64,000 nucleotides of DNA from an uncultured Cyclobacterium sp. (GTDB lineage: Bacteria; Bacteroidota; Bacteroidia; Cytophagales; Cyclobacteriaceae), in assembly GCF_963976465.1 (NCBI RefSeq), contig NZ_CAXBOC010000001.1, positions 1,103 to 65,102 of the forward strand. Reading direction: 5' to 3'. This document shows positions 39,199 through 48,398 of the stretch, one piece after another (within the stretch, counting starts at the first letter, position 1; every line of letters starts with the position of its first letter). The notes under the pieces were generated by a model. That model worked only from the letters and a program-made list of their open reading frames with translations, did no database searches and had not been told where the DNA came from. A program made the position numbers and the translations under genes.

Positions 39199-40725
39199 TT
39201 ATTCATCAAAATCGTCCTCAATATCATCTTCTCCGGGTGCTCCCAAGTCAAACATGCTACTGAAAAGATCATTGAATTGCATGCCTGTGTCCAGTAGCTT
39301 CTTGCTCAGCTGGCTGTGCTCTGCCAAACCATGAAGTGCGAACTCCATGTAAAACTCTTTTTCTTTCTCCGGAAGCTCTTTTACAAATTGTGTGGTGATT
39401 TTCTCCAGTCCCGGAACATCCTGCAATAATTTTTTGTATTCTTTATCGCTTTGTGAGGCCAATATGTCCAAGCTATTGCCTTCGCCAAACCAGGAAAGTG
39501 GTAAGACATAAGGATTGCCTTCTTTGGCTTTCTTTTTCTGTTCAGGGGAAGGGAAATGCTGAGAAAATAGGGTGCGAATAGCTTTGCCGATAAGGTTGTA
39601 AGCCACCAATCCAGCACCTTCCTGTTCTCCTTCATAGACCAGTTCTACCTTACCGGTGATGGCGGGAATTACCCCTATTAGGTCGACTATCCGAACAATG
39701 GTTTCATTTTCACCATTCAGGTAGAACCTTCGTTCTGCAGCCGAAATAAGATTTTCATAGGCAGAAATGGTCAGTCTGGCAGAAACACCACTTTTCTCAT
39801 CCACATATTCACTTTCTCTGGCCTCTACTGCAATTTGTTCGATCAGGTCTTTCATCAGCTCAGGAACATGGATTCTATCCATTGGCCTGTTGTTGACTTT
39901 AGCTTCCTGCTCGGTTATTTTTCTTCCTATTTCGATGCTTTTCGGATAATGGGTAATGATTTGACTTTCAATCCGGTCTTTGAGTGGAGTGACGATACTT
40001 CCTCTGTTTGTATAATCCTCAGGGTTGGCTGTGAAAACAAATTGTATATCCAAAGGAAGCCTTAATTTAAACCCCCTGATTTGTATATCTCCTTCTTGTA
40101 GAATATTAAACAATGCCACTTGAATTCTGGCTTGTAGATCCGGTAATTCATTGATCACAAATAGAGAACGGTTTGACCTAGGAACAAGGCCAAAATGGAT
40201 GACTTTTTCGTCGTTATAGGACAGCTTCATGGTGGCCGCCTTGATGGGGTCTACATCACCTATTAGGTCTGCAACGGATACATCAGGAGTTGCCAGTTTC
40301 TCCGTATAGCGGTCTTCTTTTGCCCACCAAGTGATGGGCGTATCATCTCCCTTTTCAGCAATCAATGTTTTGGCAAAAGTTGAAATGGGCATGAGTGGGT
40401 CATCATTGAGTTCTGCTCCTTCCACTACCGGTACATAATCGTCCAACAGCATGGTCATCATTCTTGCAATCCTTGTTTTGGCTTGCCCTCTCAATCCCAG
40501 AAAGTTGATGTTGTGTTTGGAAAGAATGGCCCTTTCTATGTCCGGTATTACCGTATCCTCATATCCCCAAACGCCTTCAAAAACATTTTCTTTGTTTTTG
40601 ATTTTGCGAATGAGATTGTCTCTTAGTTCTTCTTTGATGGATTTGGGACTGTAACCAACCGCTTTTAATTGTCCCAGGTTTTTTATTTTTAATAGATCTT
40701 TTGCTTTCATTTTGCTGTATTCCAT
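39199..40725 (-). CDS. ChlI/BchI-like AAA+ protein with deviant Walker A/B
   Basis: 508 aa. GLRGQAKT at the Walker A position. GLVPRSNRSLFVINELPDL parallels the BchI region G.LARANRG.LY.DEVNLL. Confidence 0.65.
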   Translation of the reverse strand: MEYSKMKAKDLLKIKNLGQLKAVGYSPKSIKEELRDNLIRKIKNKENVFEGVWGYEDTVIPDIERAILSKHNINFLGLRGQAKTRIARMMTMLLDDYVPVVEGAELNDDPLMPISTFAKTLIAEKGDDTPITWWAKEDRYTEKLATPDVSVADLIGDVDPIKAATMKLSYNDEKVIHFGLVPRSNRSLFVINELPDLQARIQVALFNILQEGDIQIRGFKLRLPLDIQFVFTANPEDYTNRGSIVTPLKDRIESQIITHYPKSIEIGRKITEQEAKVNNRPMDRIHVPELMKDLIEQIAVEARESEYVDEKSGVSARLTISAYENLISAAERRFYLNGENETIVRIVDLIGVIPAITGKVELVYEGEQEGAGLVAYNLIGKAIRTLFSQHFPSPEQKKKAKEGNPYVLPLSWFGEGNSLDILASQSDKEYKKLLQDVPGLEKITTQFVKELPEKEKEFYMEFALHGLAEHSQLSKKLLDTGMQFNDLFSSMFDLGAPGEDDIEDDFDE

Positions 40726-40728
40726 GTT

Positions 40729-41829
40729 TTAAAAACGTTTGGTTCTGTTTCTTCGGTAATCTTCAAAAATTAAATGTCCCAAGCCCTGCAAGTTGCTATA
40801 ATAGGCATTGCCGTTATTCACCGTAGTAAATTCTTTAACAAACTCTTTCAGGTAAGGGTCAGAGGCGATCATAAATGTGGTGACAGGGATTTTTAACCTT
40901 CTGCATTGTGCAGCAAGTTTAAGCGTTTCCTTGAGAATTTTGCTGTCTATACCAAAGCTGTTTTTATAGTATTTGATGCCCACCTTAAGGCAGGTAGGCT
41001 TGCCATCAGTGATCATGAAAATCTGTTTGTTTGGATTTTTTCTTCTCCTTAAAAGATTCATGGCCAGTTCAAGTCCGGCCACTGTATTGGTGTGGTAAGG
41101 CCCAACCTGAAGGTAGGGTAAGTCTTTGATTTCAATTTGCCAAGCGTCATTCCCAAACACAATCACATCTAGCGTATCTTTGGGGTACCTGGTCTTCACC
41201 AATTCGGCCAAGGCCATGGCTACCTTTTTGGCCGGGGTGATCCGGTCTTCACCGTAGAGGATCATGCTATGGGAGATGTCAATCATCAAAACAGTGGAAG
41301 TCTGGGTCCGCATTTCACTTTCCACTACTTCAAGGTCATCTTCGGTTAGAAGGAAATCTCCGGAGAAACCGTGGTTAATCTGAGCATTTCTTAGCGAATC
41401 TGTCAAAGCAATCTGATCCAAATTGTCGCCAAAAGCAAAAGGTCTGCGGTCTGTACCCCTTTCTTCTCCGGGGCCGGTGTGGTTGGTCTTGTGCTGTCCG
41501 CCTTTTCCACGCTTGAGTTTTCCGAAAATTTCTTCCAAGGCATTTTTTCGGATGGATTGCTCTGCCTTTCCGGTAATATTTATTTCTCCCTTGCCTTTTT
41601 TTTCATCCAAGTAACCTTTGCTCTTGAGGTCATCAATGAAGTCTCCAATGCCATAGCCCGGCTTGGTCATATTGTACCTCTTGTCCAAATCGGTGAGCCA
41701 GCTAAGTGCCTCCGCAGCATCTCCTCCTGTCATGGTGACCAACTGAAGGAATATATCCAAAAGCTGTTCAAAAGTATTTTTATCTTCGTCCTTTTGAGGG
41801 ACAAATTTACTGAATCTAAAACCTTTCAT
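40729..41829 (-). CDS. von Willebrand factor A (vWA) domain protein
   Basis: 366 aa. MIDAS DISHSM, later MITDGKPT. The stop lies 3 nt before the AAA+ start. Confidence 0.7.
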   Translation of the reverse strand: MKGFRFSKFVPQKDEDKNTFEQLLDIFLQLVTMTGGDAAEALSWLTDLDKRYNMTKPGYGIGDFIDDLKSKGYLDEKKGKGEINITGKAEQSIRKNALEEIFGKLKRGKGGQHKTNHTGPGEERGTDRRPFAFGDNLDQIALTDSLRNAQINHGFSGDFLLTEDDLEVVESEMRTQTSTVLMIDISHSMILYGEDRITPAKKVAMALAELVKTRYPKDTLDVIVFGNDAWQIEIKDLPYLQVGPYHTNTVAGLELAMNLLRRRKNPNKQIFMITDGKPTCLKVGIKYYKNSFGIDSKILKETLKLAAQCRRLKIPVTTFMIASDPYLKEFVKEFTTVNNGNAYYSNLQGLGHLIFEDYRRNRTKRF

Positions 41830-42031
41830 AGTAGGGTAACAAGAATTAAGGCCGAGAGGTTTAAACTAAGTCAAATACCTCAAAGAAATTTAGACTTTAA
41901 AGGATTGCAGATTTGGATCCACTCATTCCAAGGGTGTAATTATATGCGTATTGACTTTTTTTAAGGTCATAAATTGAATTGATCTTAGGGGGCTCTATAG
42001 CCCAAGAACACCTCTTGTAAGCAATAGTAAA

Positions 42032-42511
42032 TCAAGTAGCTAACATTTCCTTGATTTTTTCAGCCTGGAGGTTGCAGTTGATCCACTCCTCTTCCATGGT
42101 GGCATTGTATTTTTTGTAAAAATTAATTGCCGGTTCATTCCAATCTAGAACCTGCCACATCATGCCTGTGCAACCTTCCTCAAGTGATTTGGCCATTACT
42201 TTTTCAAAAAGCAATTTTCCGGCACCTTTTCCGCGCTCTTTTTCAGTGACAATATAATCTTCCAAATAGAGGCGCTTGCCTTTCCAAGTGCTGTAACGAT
42301 AATAATATATAGCGGTTCCGATAATGGTCTGAGTTTCCTCCTTTTCCAACACATAAAAACCAAAAACAGGTTGAGGTCCAAACCCATCCTTTTCCATCAT
42401 TTCAAGGGTATTGGTTACTTCCTCAGGGGCTTTTTCATACAATGCCAATTCTTTGATCAGTTCAAGAATAGCAGGTAAATCCTCTTTTTTTCCTTCTCTA
42501 ACAGTATACAT
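42032..42511 (-). CDS. GNAT-family N-acetyltransferase (diamine/spermidine acetyltransferase-like)
   Basis: 159 aa. Acetyl-CoA motif ERGKGAGKLLF. Confidence 0.75.
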   Translation of the reverse strand: MYTVREGKKEDLPAILELIKELALYEKAPEEVTNTLEMMEKDGFGPQPVFGFYVLEKEETQTIIGTAIYYYRYSTWKGKRLYLEDYIVTEKERGKGAGKLLFEKVMAKSLEEGCTGMMWQVLDWNEPAINFYKKYNATMEEEWINCNLQAEKIKEMLAT

Positions 42512-42640
42512 AATTTGAAATTAATAAAATTGGTCAACTTTACCTTTGTAAGCCGAAGCTTTCTCTAAAATTTTTATTGGTAGATTTTTGCTTTTTGGAT
42601 GACTTACAATTTTTATCTTTGAGACTTAACCCTTTGAATT

Positions 42641-43417
42641 ATGTTTCTATCAATTGATGCAGGAAATTCTAATATTGTATTTGGTTTTTATCAAGAAGTA
42701 GATGATTGCTGGGAGGAAGTCCTTCGGATCCCAACAAAAAAAGACCTCAAGGTTTTTAATTTGGAGAGAAAGGTTGCCATGTATTTTTTGGAGAAAGGTT
42801 GGGGAACCGATCGCATAGACCTAATAGGAATCAGTACTGTTGTGCCGGATTTAGAACCTGTATTGATCCAATTTTGCCAGCGGTTTTTTGGAAAAGAGCC
42901 CTATGTTGTCAATGAGAATAGCTACGAAAAACTGCCTGTAACAGCGATGAACCCCAGAGAAATAGGTTCGGATCTAATGGCCAATATAACTGCTGCTTAT
43001 TTGCAATTTAAAGCGGCTTGTATTGTCGTAGATTTTGGAACAGCCTTGACCTTTAGTGTGGTGGATAAAGATGGGGAAGTTATTGGGGTGAACATTGTAC
43101 CAGGGATCAAAACTGCCATCAACTCCTTGTTCAACAATACCGCGAAATTACCCAAAGTGGAATTGGAATTGCCCGAATCAGCTTTGGGAAAAAATACGGT
43201 TCATGCCATTCAGGCAGGCATTTTTTATGGTTATTCGGGCTTGGTCAAAGGAATGGTGGAGGCCATTGAGAAGGAAACCGGAAAGGAATATCAATTGCTG
43301 GTTACCGGAGGCATGTCCTCATTAATGGGGCATTTGGGGGATAGATTCAATAATGTGGATATCAACCTGACATTGAAAGGAATTTATGCAATCACAAAAC
43401 TTAATTTTGATCAATGA
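42641..43417 (+). CDS. coaX: Type III pantothenate kinase
   Basis: 258 aa. LSIDAGNSN, DFGTALT and GG motifs of the ASKHA fold. Confidence 0.85.
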   Translation: MFLSIDAGNSNIVFGFYQEVDDCWEEVLRIPTKKDLKVFNLERKVAMYFLEKGWGTDRIDLIGISTVVPDLEPVLIQFCQRFFGKEPYVVNENSYEKLPVTAMNPREIGSDLMANITAAYLQFKAACIVVDFGTALTFSVVDKDGEVIGVNIVPGIKTAINSLFNNTAKLPKVELELPESALGKNTVHAIQAGIFYGYSGLVKGMVEAIEKETGKEYQLLVTGGMSSLMGHLGDRFNNVDINLTLKGIYAITKLNFDQ

Positions 43418-43473
43418 GTGTAATCCCTGCCCTGTTAAGGAAAGCTAAGGAATGGATACATGTGGGAACAGAA

Positions 43474-44577
43474 TCAATCTTCTATCATCTCCGATAAGCG
43501 TGAACCAAGGTTTGAAATGTTTACCACCTTTTCTGAAAAACCGGAAATATTGGACAGAATAATTACGGCATTTTTCCTTTCTATATCCAAGGTAAAAGAA
43601 GAGGCATATCCTCCGGTTCCCCCTCCATGCCACAACCATTTGCCATTTTTTTTATTTTCAATCATCCAGCCAAGTCCTATGGCCTTTTCATAAGGGCTTA
43701 TAGAAAATGTTTTCTTTTGTGTAAGGGCCAATGCCTGATTGGCCGGATTGAATTGAGCAAGGGCAAATTTAGTCAGATCTTGGGTACTGGATAGAATGGC
43801 CCCGGCACCTTGCAAAACATTTAAATCCCAGTTGGGAGTAACCTGACCTTCCACGTCCAGACCTTTGACAAGCTTTTTCATAACCTTTTCCCTCTTGACG
43901 GTTGTGGATTGCATATTAAATGGAATGGCGATTCTATTTTGGATCATTTCTTCATAACTTGAAGAATCTATCTTGGTCAGAATATAACCCAATAGTCCTA
44001 CTCCCAAATTTGAATAGTCAAATTTTAGTCCTGGATTCTGCTTTAGTTCTAGCTGTTCTGTGAGGTATATTCTCAATTTTTCTACCCCATAATCTTTGTA
44101 GGGATTGGCTGTATCCACTTCTGAAAGGATCAGGTTATCAGGGAGCCTGGGTAAGCCTGAACTGTGGTTCGAAAGTTGTTGCAGGGTAAATTCAGCTGTG
44201 TTATTGAGTTTCCATGGCAAATATTTACTGGCAGGGTCATTGAGGTTTAGCTTGTCTTCGAGGCTTAAGCCTGCCAGTAATGTAGCGGTAAATACTTTTG
44301 AGATAGACCCAATTTCAAAGACCTTATCATGGTTTTCTACTGAGAACAAGGTGTCATTTTCTAATTTCACTCCATAAAATTCCGGTTTTCCATTCTTTAT
44401 TATGGCTATGGAAAGCTGGGTTTGGTTAAAAAAACCTTTGGCTTCCGTATGAATCAATCTTGATTGGCCTTCCGTAATTTTACCTTCATAGGCTTGCTGA
44501 AAGTTAACGGCAGCGCGCTCTTCCTGACAGCTGATTCCAAGACATGCAATTAGAACAAGAATTATAAATTTTGACAT
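43474..44577 (-). CDS. Serine hydrolase, class C beta-lactamase/PBP4*-like family
   Basis: 367 aa, lipobox-like GISC. SISKVF (SxxK) and YSN motifs. Confidence 0.75.
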   Translation of the reverse strand: MSKFIILVLIACLGISCQEERAAVNFQQAYEGKITEGQSRLIHTEAKGFFNQTQLSIAIIKNGKPEFYGVKLENDTLFSVENHDKVFEIGSISKVFTATLLAGLSLEDKLNLNDPASKYLPWKLNNTAEFTLQQLSNHSSGLPRLPDNLILSEVDTANPYKDYGVEKLRIYLTEQLELKQNPGLKFDYSNLGVGLLGYILTKIDSSSYEEMIQNRIAIPFNMQSTTVKREKVMKKLVKGLDVEGQVTPNWDLNVLQGAGAILSSTQDLTKFALAQFNPANQALALTQKKTFSISPYEKAIGLGWMIENKKNGKWLWHGGGTGGYASSFTLDIERKNAVIILSNISGFSEKVVNISNLGSRLSEMIED

Positions 44578-44866
44578 AAAAGTTTACCCTTTGCTTGGGT
44601 TGAAGATATCAATTAAATCCTTGATTGCCTGAGGAATAGGTGAATATCGTTCTGGAGTTCTTTATTAATTAGTCAAGAACCTAATTCTTTTGAACGACCT
44701 GTTTAACAATTTATCCCAATAAAACGTATAAGCTGAATTAAAGTTAATTTCTACGGCAAAACATTATTGAAATGGAGCTGGTTTTTAAAGTAATCACCGT
44801 TTAATTACCTTTGGGCATCATATAAGCCGGACTGTCTTTTGCTCACCTGGCTAAAAGGAGAAAAAT

Positions 44867-47044
44867 ATGAAACGATACTATAAAATACAGGCCGTTTTGG
44901 TCTTTGTCTTACTCTTTACAATTAGTGGATTGGCACAGGATAATAAAAAATTAACACTTGAAGCGGTTATAAAAGACCAGGTTTTCACCCCCAAAACCGT
45001 TCAAGGCATCAACTGGATGAAGGATGGAAAATTCTACAGCAGTTTAAAAACGGTGGCAGGTTTTCCTCAGGTAGTAAGAATTAATGTGGCTACAGGTGAA
45101 GAGAGTGAAGTATTGATTGATGGTAGGGAATTGGGGCTCAATTTTAGCAATTACGCTTTTAATCCGGAGGAAAGCATGGCCTTGCTGGGATCTGAAATAG
45201 AGCCCATCTATAGGAGATCTACCAAAGCAATCTACCATTTGCTTGACCTGGAAACCGGAAACTTGAAAGAATTAGAAGAGGGAGAAAAAATCTCCTATGC
45301 CAGCCTTTCTCCTGACAATCAGAAGGTGGCCTATGTAAAAGAAAATAACCTCTATTACTTGGACCTACAAACCGATAAAAAAGTTCAGGTTACTTCAGAT
45401 GGAGAAAAAAACGCCATTATCAATGGAGCTGCAGATTGGGTTTATGAAGAGGAGTTTTCCATGTCCAAAGCTTTTTCCTGGTCTAACGATGGCAGTAAAC
45501 TGGCCTATATTCGATTTGACGAAAGTGAAGTGCCGCTTTTCAATATGCAAAAATGGGGTGCCTTGTATCCGGAAGATGAGCATTTTAAATATCCTAAAGC
45601 CGGGGAGAAGAATGCTGTGGTAAGCATCCAAATCTACCATCTGGAAAATGCGCAGACGCAAACTGTGGATACCGGTGCGGATACTGACATTTATTTGCCC
45701 AGGATGTATTGGGCAGCCGACAACAATACCCTTGCTATTATCCGTTTAAACAGGCTACAAAATCAGATGGACATCTTGTTTGCAGATAGCCAAACAGGAA
45801 AAACCAAAACCATCCTCTCTGAAACTGCAGAAACCTATGTGGACATGGATTACAATGACAATTTTCTCTTTCTTCCAGAAGGAAAAGGATTTATTGGTAC
45901 CTCTGAGAAGGATGGTTTTAAGCATGTCTACCAATATGACATGGAAGGAAACAAAATTCGTCAAATTACAAAAGGCGAATGGGAAGTGACTGAATTGGTG
46001 GCTGTGGATAGCAAAGAAGGGAAAGTGTATTACGTTTCTACTGAACAGTCCCCCCTTGAAAGACACTTTTATTCCATCAATTTAAAAGGGAAAAAGAAAA
46101 AGCTACTTACTCCTGAGGAAGGCACACATTCCATTAATATGAGTCCCGATCAGCAGTATTATATTGATGCTTACAGCACCGTTACGCAGCCTTTGCAGGT
46201 TGTTTTGAGTGATAATGAAGGGAAAGAGATTAAGGTATTGGAAGACAATCAAGCACTTCAGGAAAAAATGAAGGAATACGCATATCTTCCTAAGGAATTT
46301 TTTGATTTTAAAACCATAGATGGCACCAGTTTGAATGGCTATATGATAAAACCCGTGACTTTCGATCCATCGAAAACCTATCCTGTACTTATGTACGTGT
46401 ATGGTGGTCCGGGTTCTCAGAATGTAATGAACAACTGGGGTAGCACCCGTGATTGGTGGCACCAACACCTGGCTGCCGAGGGGTATATCGTGGTGGGCAT
46501 AGACAATAGAGGTACTGGAGGAAGAGACTTTAAGCACAGCACTTACAATCAGTTGGGAAAACTGGAGACAGAAGATCAAATCGCAGGAGCGAAATACCTC
46601 GCTGAACTGCCTTATGTAGATGCAAGCCGGATTGGCATATGGGGTTGGTCTTACGGGGGATATATGTCTTCACTGGCACTGATGATCGGCAATGAAACTT
46701 TCAAAACGGCAATGGCTGTGGCACCGGTAACGACCTGGAGGTATTATGATACCATTTATACCGAGCGCTTTTTACAGACCCCTCAATTAAATCCTGCGGG
46801 ATACGATGATTTCAGTCCTATCAATCATGTAAACAAGCTCAATGGTAACTTTCTATTGGTACATGGTACGGGTGATGACAATGTACACTTTCAAAACAGT
46901 GTTGCTTTGGTAGATGCCCTAATAACGTCCGATAAGCAATTTGACAGCTTTTACTATCCCAATAGGAATCATGGGATTCACGGTGGCAACACTACTTGGC
47001 ACCTTTATAAAATGCTGACCAATTACGTGAAAGAGAAACTGTAA
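44867..47044 (+). CDS. S9B dipeptidyl-peptidase IV
   Basis: 725 aa. Beta-propeller N-terminal part. GWSYGGY nucleophile, GTGDDNVHF and NHGI triad members. Confidence 0.85.
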   Translation: MKRYYKIQAVLVFVLLFTISGLAQDNKKLTLEAVIKDQVFTPKTVQGINWMKDGKFYSSLKTVAGFPQVVRINVATGEESEVLIDGRELGLNFSNYAFNPEESMALLGSEIEPIYRRSTKAIYHLLDLETGNLKELEEGEKISYASLSPDNQKVAYVKENNLYYLDLQTDKKVQVTSDGEKNAIINGAADWVYEEEFSMSKAFSWSNDGSKLAYIRFDESEVPLFNMQKWGALYPEDEHFKYPKAGEKNAVVSIQIYHLENAQTQTVDTGADTDIYLPRMYWAADNNTLAIIRLNRLQNQMDILFADSQTGKTKTILSETAETYVDMDYNDNFLFLPEGKGFIGTSEKDGFKHVYQYDMEGNKIRQITKGEWEVTELVAVDSKEGKVYYVSTEQSPLERHFYSINLKGKKKKLLTPEEGTHSINMSPDQQYYIDAYSTVTQPLQVVLSDNEGKEIKVLEDNQALQEKMKEYAYLPKEFFDFKTIDGTSLNGYMIKPVTFDPSKTYPVLMYVYGGPGSQNVMNNWGSTRDWWHQHLAAEGYIVVGIDNRGTGGRDFKHSTYNQLGKLETEDQIAGAKYLAELPYVDASRIGIWGWSYGGYMSSLALMIGNETFKTAMAVAPVTTWRYYDTIYTERFLQTPQLNPAGYDDFSPINHVNKLNGNFLLVHGTGDDNVHFQNSVALVDALITSDKQFDSFYYPNRNHGIHGGNTTWHLYKMLTNYVKEKL

Positions 47045-47112
47045 TCCAACTGGTCTAAGTTTAGCGAAGCGTAACTTAGACCTAAAATGGCGAAAGTTTT
47101 CAACTTTCATAA
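47042..47112 (+). repeat. REP-like module A, copy A1
   Basis: Hairpin GGTCTAAGTT (47052-47061) / AACTTAGACC (47073-47082), loop TAGCGAAGCGT. Near-identical to A2 and A3. Starts at the DPP-IV stop codon. Confidence 0.8.
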
Positions 47113-47119
47113 CCAAAAT

Positions 47120-47668
47120 TTAGGTAGCAAATATAATAGGTAAAACACCCTTTCCTCCTGCATAGTCAATGGCACTACTATACTGATAATGTTCAGGTGT
47201 TGTTACGAGTCCTGCTTTTACAGGATTTTGATGAAGGTAATCCAATCGCTGCGTCAGCATTTTTGCATTAAAAAGTGCTATAGGGTGGTTACTTTGTTGC
47301 CAAAATTGAAATTTTTCATTGTTAGCATTTCTTTTGCCCGCCCTTTCAAACATCCAAAGCATCCATTCTTTCCTGCTTTCTTTTGGGTTTTCGGCAATCA
47401 ATTTTAACAAAGCTTTGGAGGTATGCCGCTTTAAATCCCTCATAATGTCTGAAAGTCTATTGTTTTCGGAACTAATGATAAGGTGTACATGGCTAGGCAA
47501 TATGCACCAAGCATACAATTCAAGGCCTTTATTTTTGCTACAAAAGACCAGAGAATCTACGATAATTTCAAAATAGATCTTTCTCGTAAATACGTCTATC
47601 CAATTTACGGTAGCAAAACTTACGAAATACAGTTCACGGGAATCATGGAAAACATATTTTCTGCCCAT
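47120..47668 (-). CDS. REP-associated tyrosine transposase (IS200/IS605-like Y1 HUH)
   Basis: 182 aa. HUH motif LPSHVHLIIS and catalytic Tyr region EHYQYSS. Confidence 0.8.
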   Translation of the reverse strand: MGRKYVFHDSRELYFVSFATVNWIDVFTRKIYFEIIVDSLVFCSKNKGLELYAWCILPSHVHLIISSENNRLSDIMRDLKRHTSKALLKLIAENPKESRKEWMLWMFERAGKRNANNEKFQFWQQSNHPIALFNAKMLTQRLDYLHQNPVKAGLVTTPEHYQYSSAIDYAGGKGVLPIIFAT

Positions 47669-47728
47669 AAAACTAACATGTCTAAATTTTTGAATATTTT
47701 TTTAAAAATAGATTCTGAGCTTTTAATT

Positions 47729-47820
47729 TAGTAAAAATCAAAATAATTAAACCTTACTCAAGTTGAAAACTTGAATGATGGTGGGACGAAGTTACCGCTA
47801 TCGCTCAAACTTCGACCAGT
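47729..47820 (+). repeat. REP-like module B, copy B1
   Basis: TAGTAAAAA...ACTCAAGTTGAAAACTT...GGACGAAGTT (47783-47792) / AACTTCGACC (47807-47816)...CAGTA. Three copies in the window. Confidence 0.8.
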
Positions 47821-47892
47821 AATCCAACTGGTCTAAGTTTAGCGAAGCGTAACTTAGACCTAAAATGACGAAAGGTTTCAACTTTCATAATC
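47818..47892 (+). repeat. REP-like module A, copy A2 (abuts B1 head-to-head)
   Basis: GTAATCCAACTGGTCTAAGTTTAGCGAAGCGTAACTTAGACCTAAAATGACGAAAGGTTTCAACTTTCATAA. Differs from A1 at two positions. Confidence 0.85.
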
Positions 47893-47933
47893 CATTGCTG
47901 TAATTTAAAATGTAATATGAAATCGTTAACTTC

Positions 47934-48188
47934 ATGGAACATAAAAAAATGATTCGTAGGGATATCCAATCAATTAAAGTCGACCTTATCCATTGGCTCA
48001 CTGAGCTTAAGGATTTGTCTGTCCTTGAGCAACTTCAAGTCATGAAAGCGAAACAAGAAAGTTCTTTGAAATTAAATTCCGAACAGACGAAGGAACTGGA
48101 CAGCAGGCTTAAGCGATATGAAAATGGGGAAATGAAGTTCTCGTCTTGGGAGCAAGTTAGAGAGAGGATAAAAAGTCGGCTGGTTTAA
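47934..48188 (+). CDS. Putative addiction-module component (antitoxin-like small protein)
   Basis: 84 aa. C-terminal LNSEQTKELDSRLKRYENGEMKFSSWEQVRERIKSRL resembles the addiction-module component family as I remember it. No toxin ORF is adjacent. Confidence 0.5.
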   Translation: MEHKKMIRRDIQSIKVDLIHWLTELKDLSVLEQLQVMKAKQESSLKLNSEQTKELDSRLKRYENGEMKFSSWEQVRERIKSRLV

Positions 48189-48333
48189 ATTTAGAAACCG
48201 GTAACTTAGACTTATAATGGGTTTTTCTGCCTCGTTAATCTAGTAAAAATTAGCATGTTTTAGACCCACTCAAGTTGAAAATTTTCGTTATGATGGGACG
48301 AAGTTACCGCTCTCGCTCAAATTTCGTCCAGTA
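48181..48333 (+). mobile_element. Miniature A'-B2 element lacking rayT
   Basis: Degenerate A copy (TGGTTTAAATTTAGAAACCGGTAACTTAGACTTATAATGG), then a TTTTCTGCC remnant, then full B2 (48241-48333; stem GGACGAAGTT/AATTTCGTCC). An extra terminal fragment ATAACTTCGACCAGTA lies at 48351-48366. Confidence 0.6.
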
Positions 48334-48398
48334 AAGAATTTTAGCAAATCATAACTTCGACCAGTAGAAACAGTAAAAGATAGGGTTATTTACCAAAG

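Larger units (their letters stand above)
47042..47820 (-). mobile_element. RAYT element: left hairpin module A1, rayT, right hairpin module B1
   Basis: rayT is bracketed by two related modules in inverted orientation (shared AAGTTGAAAACTT plus a 10-bp hairpin each). Confidence 0.7.
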
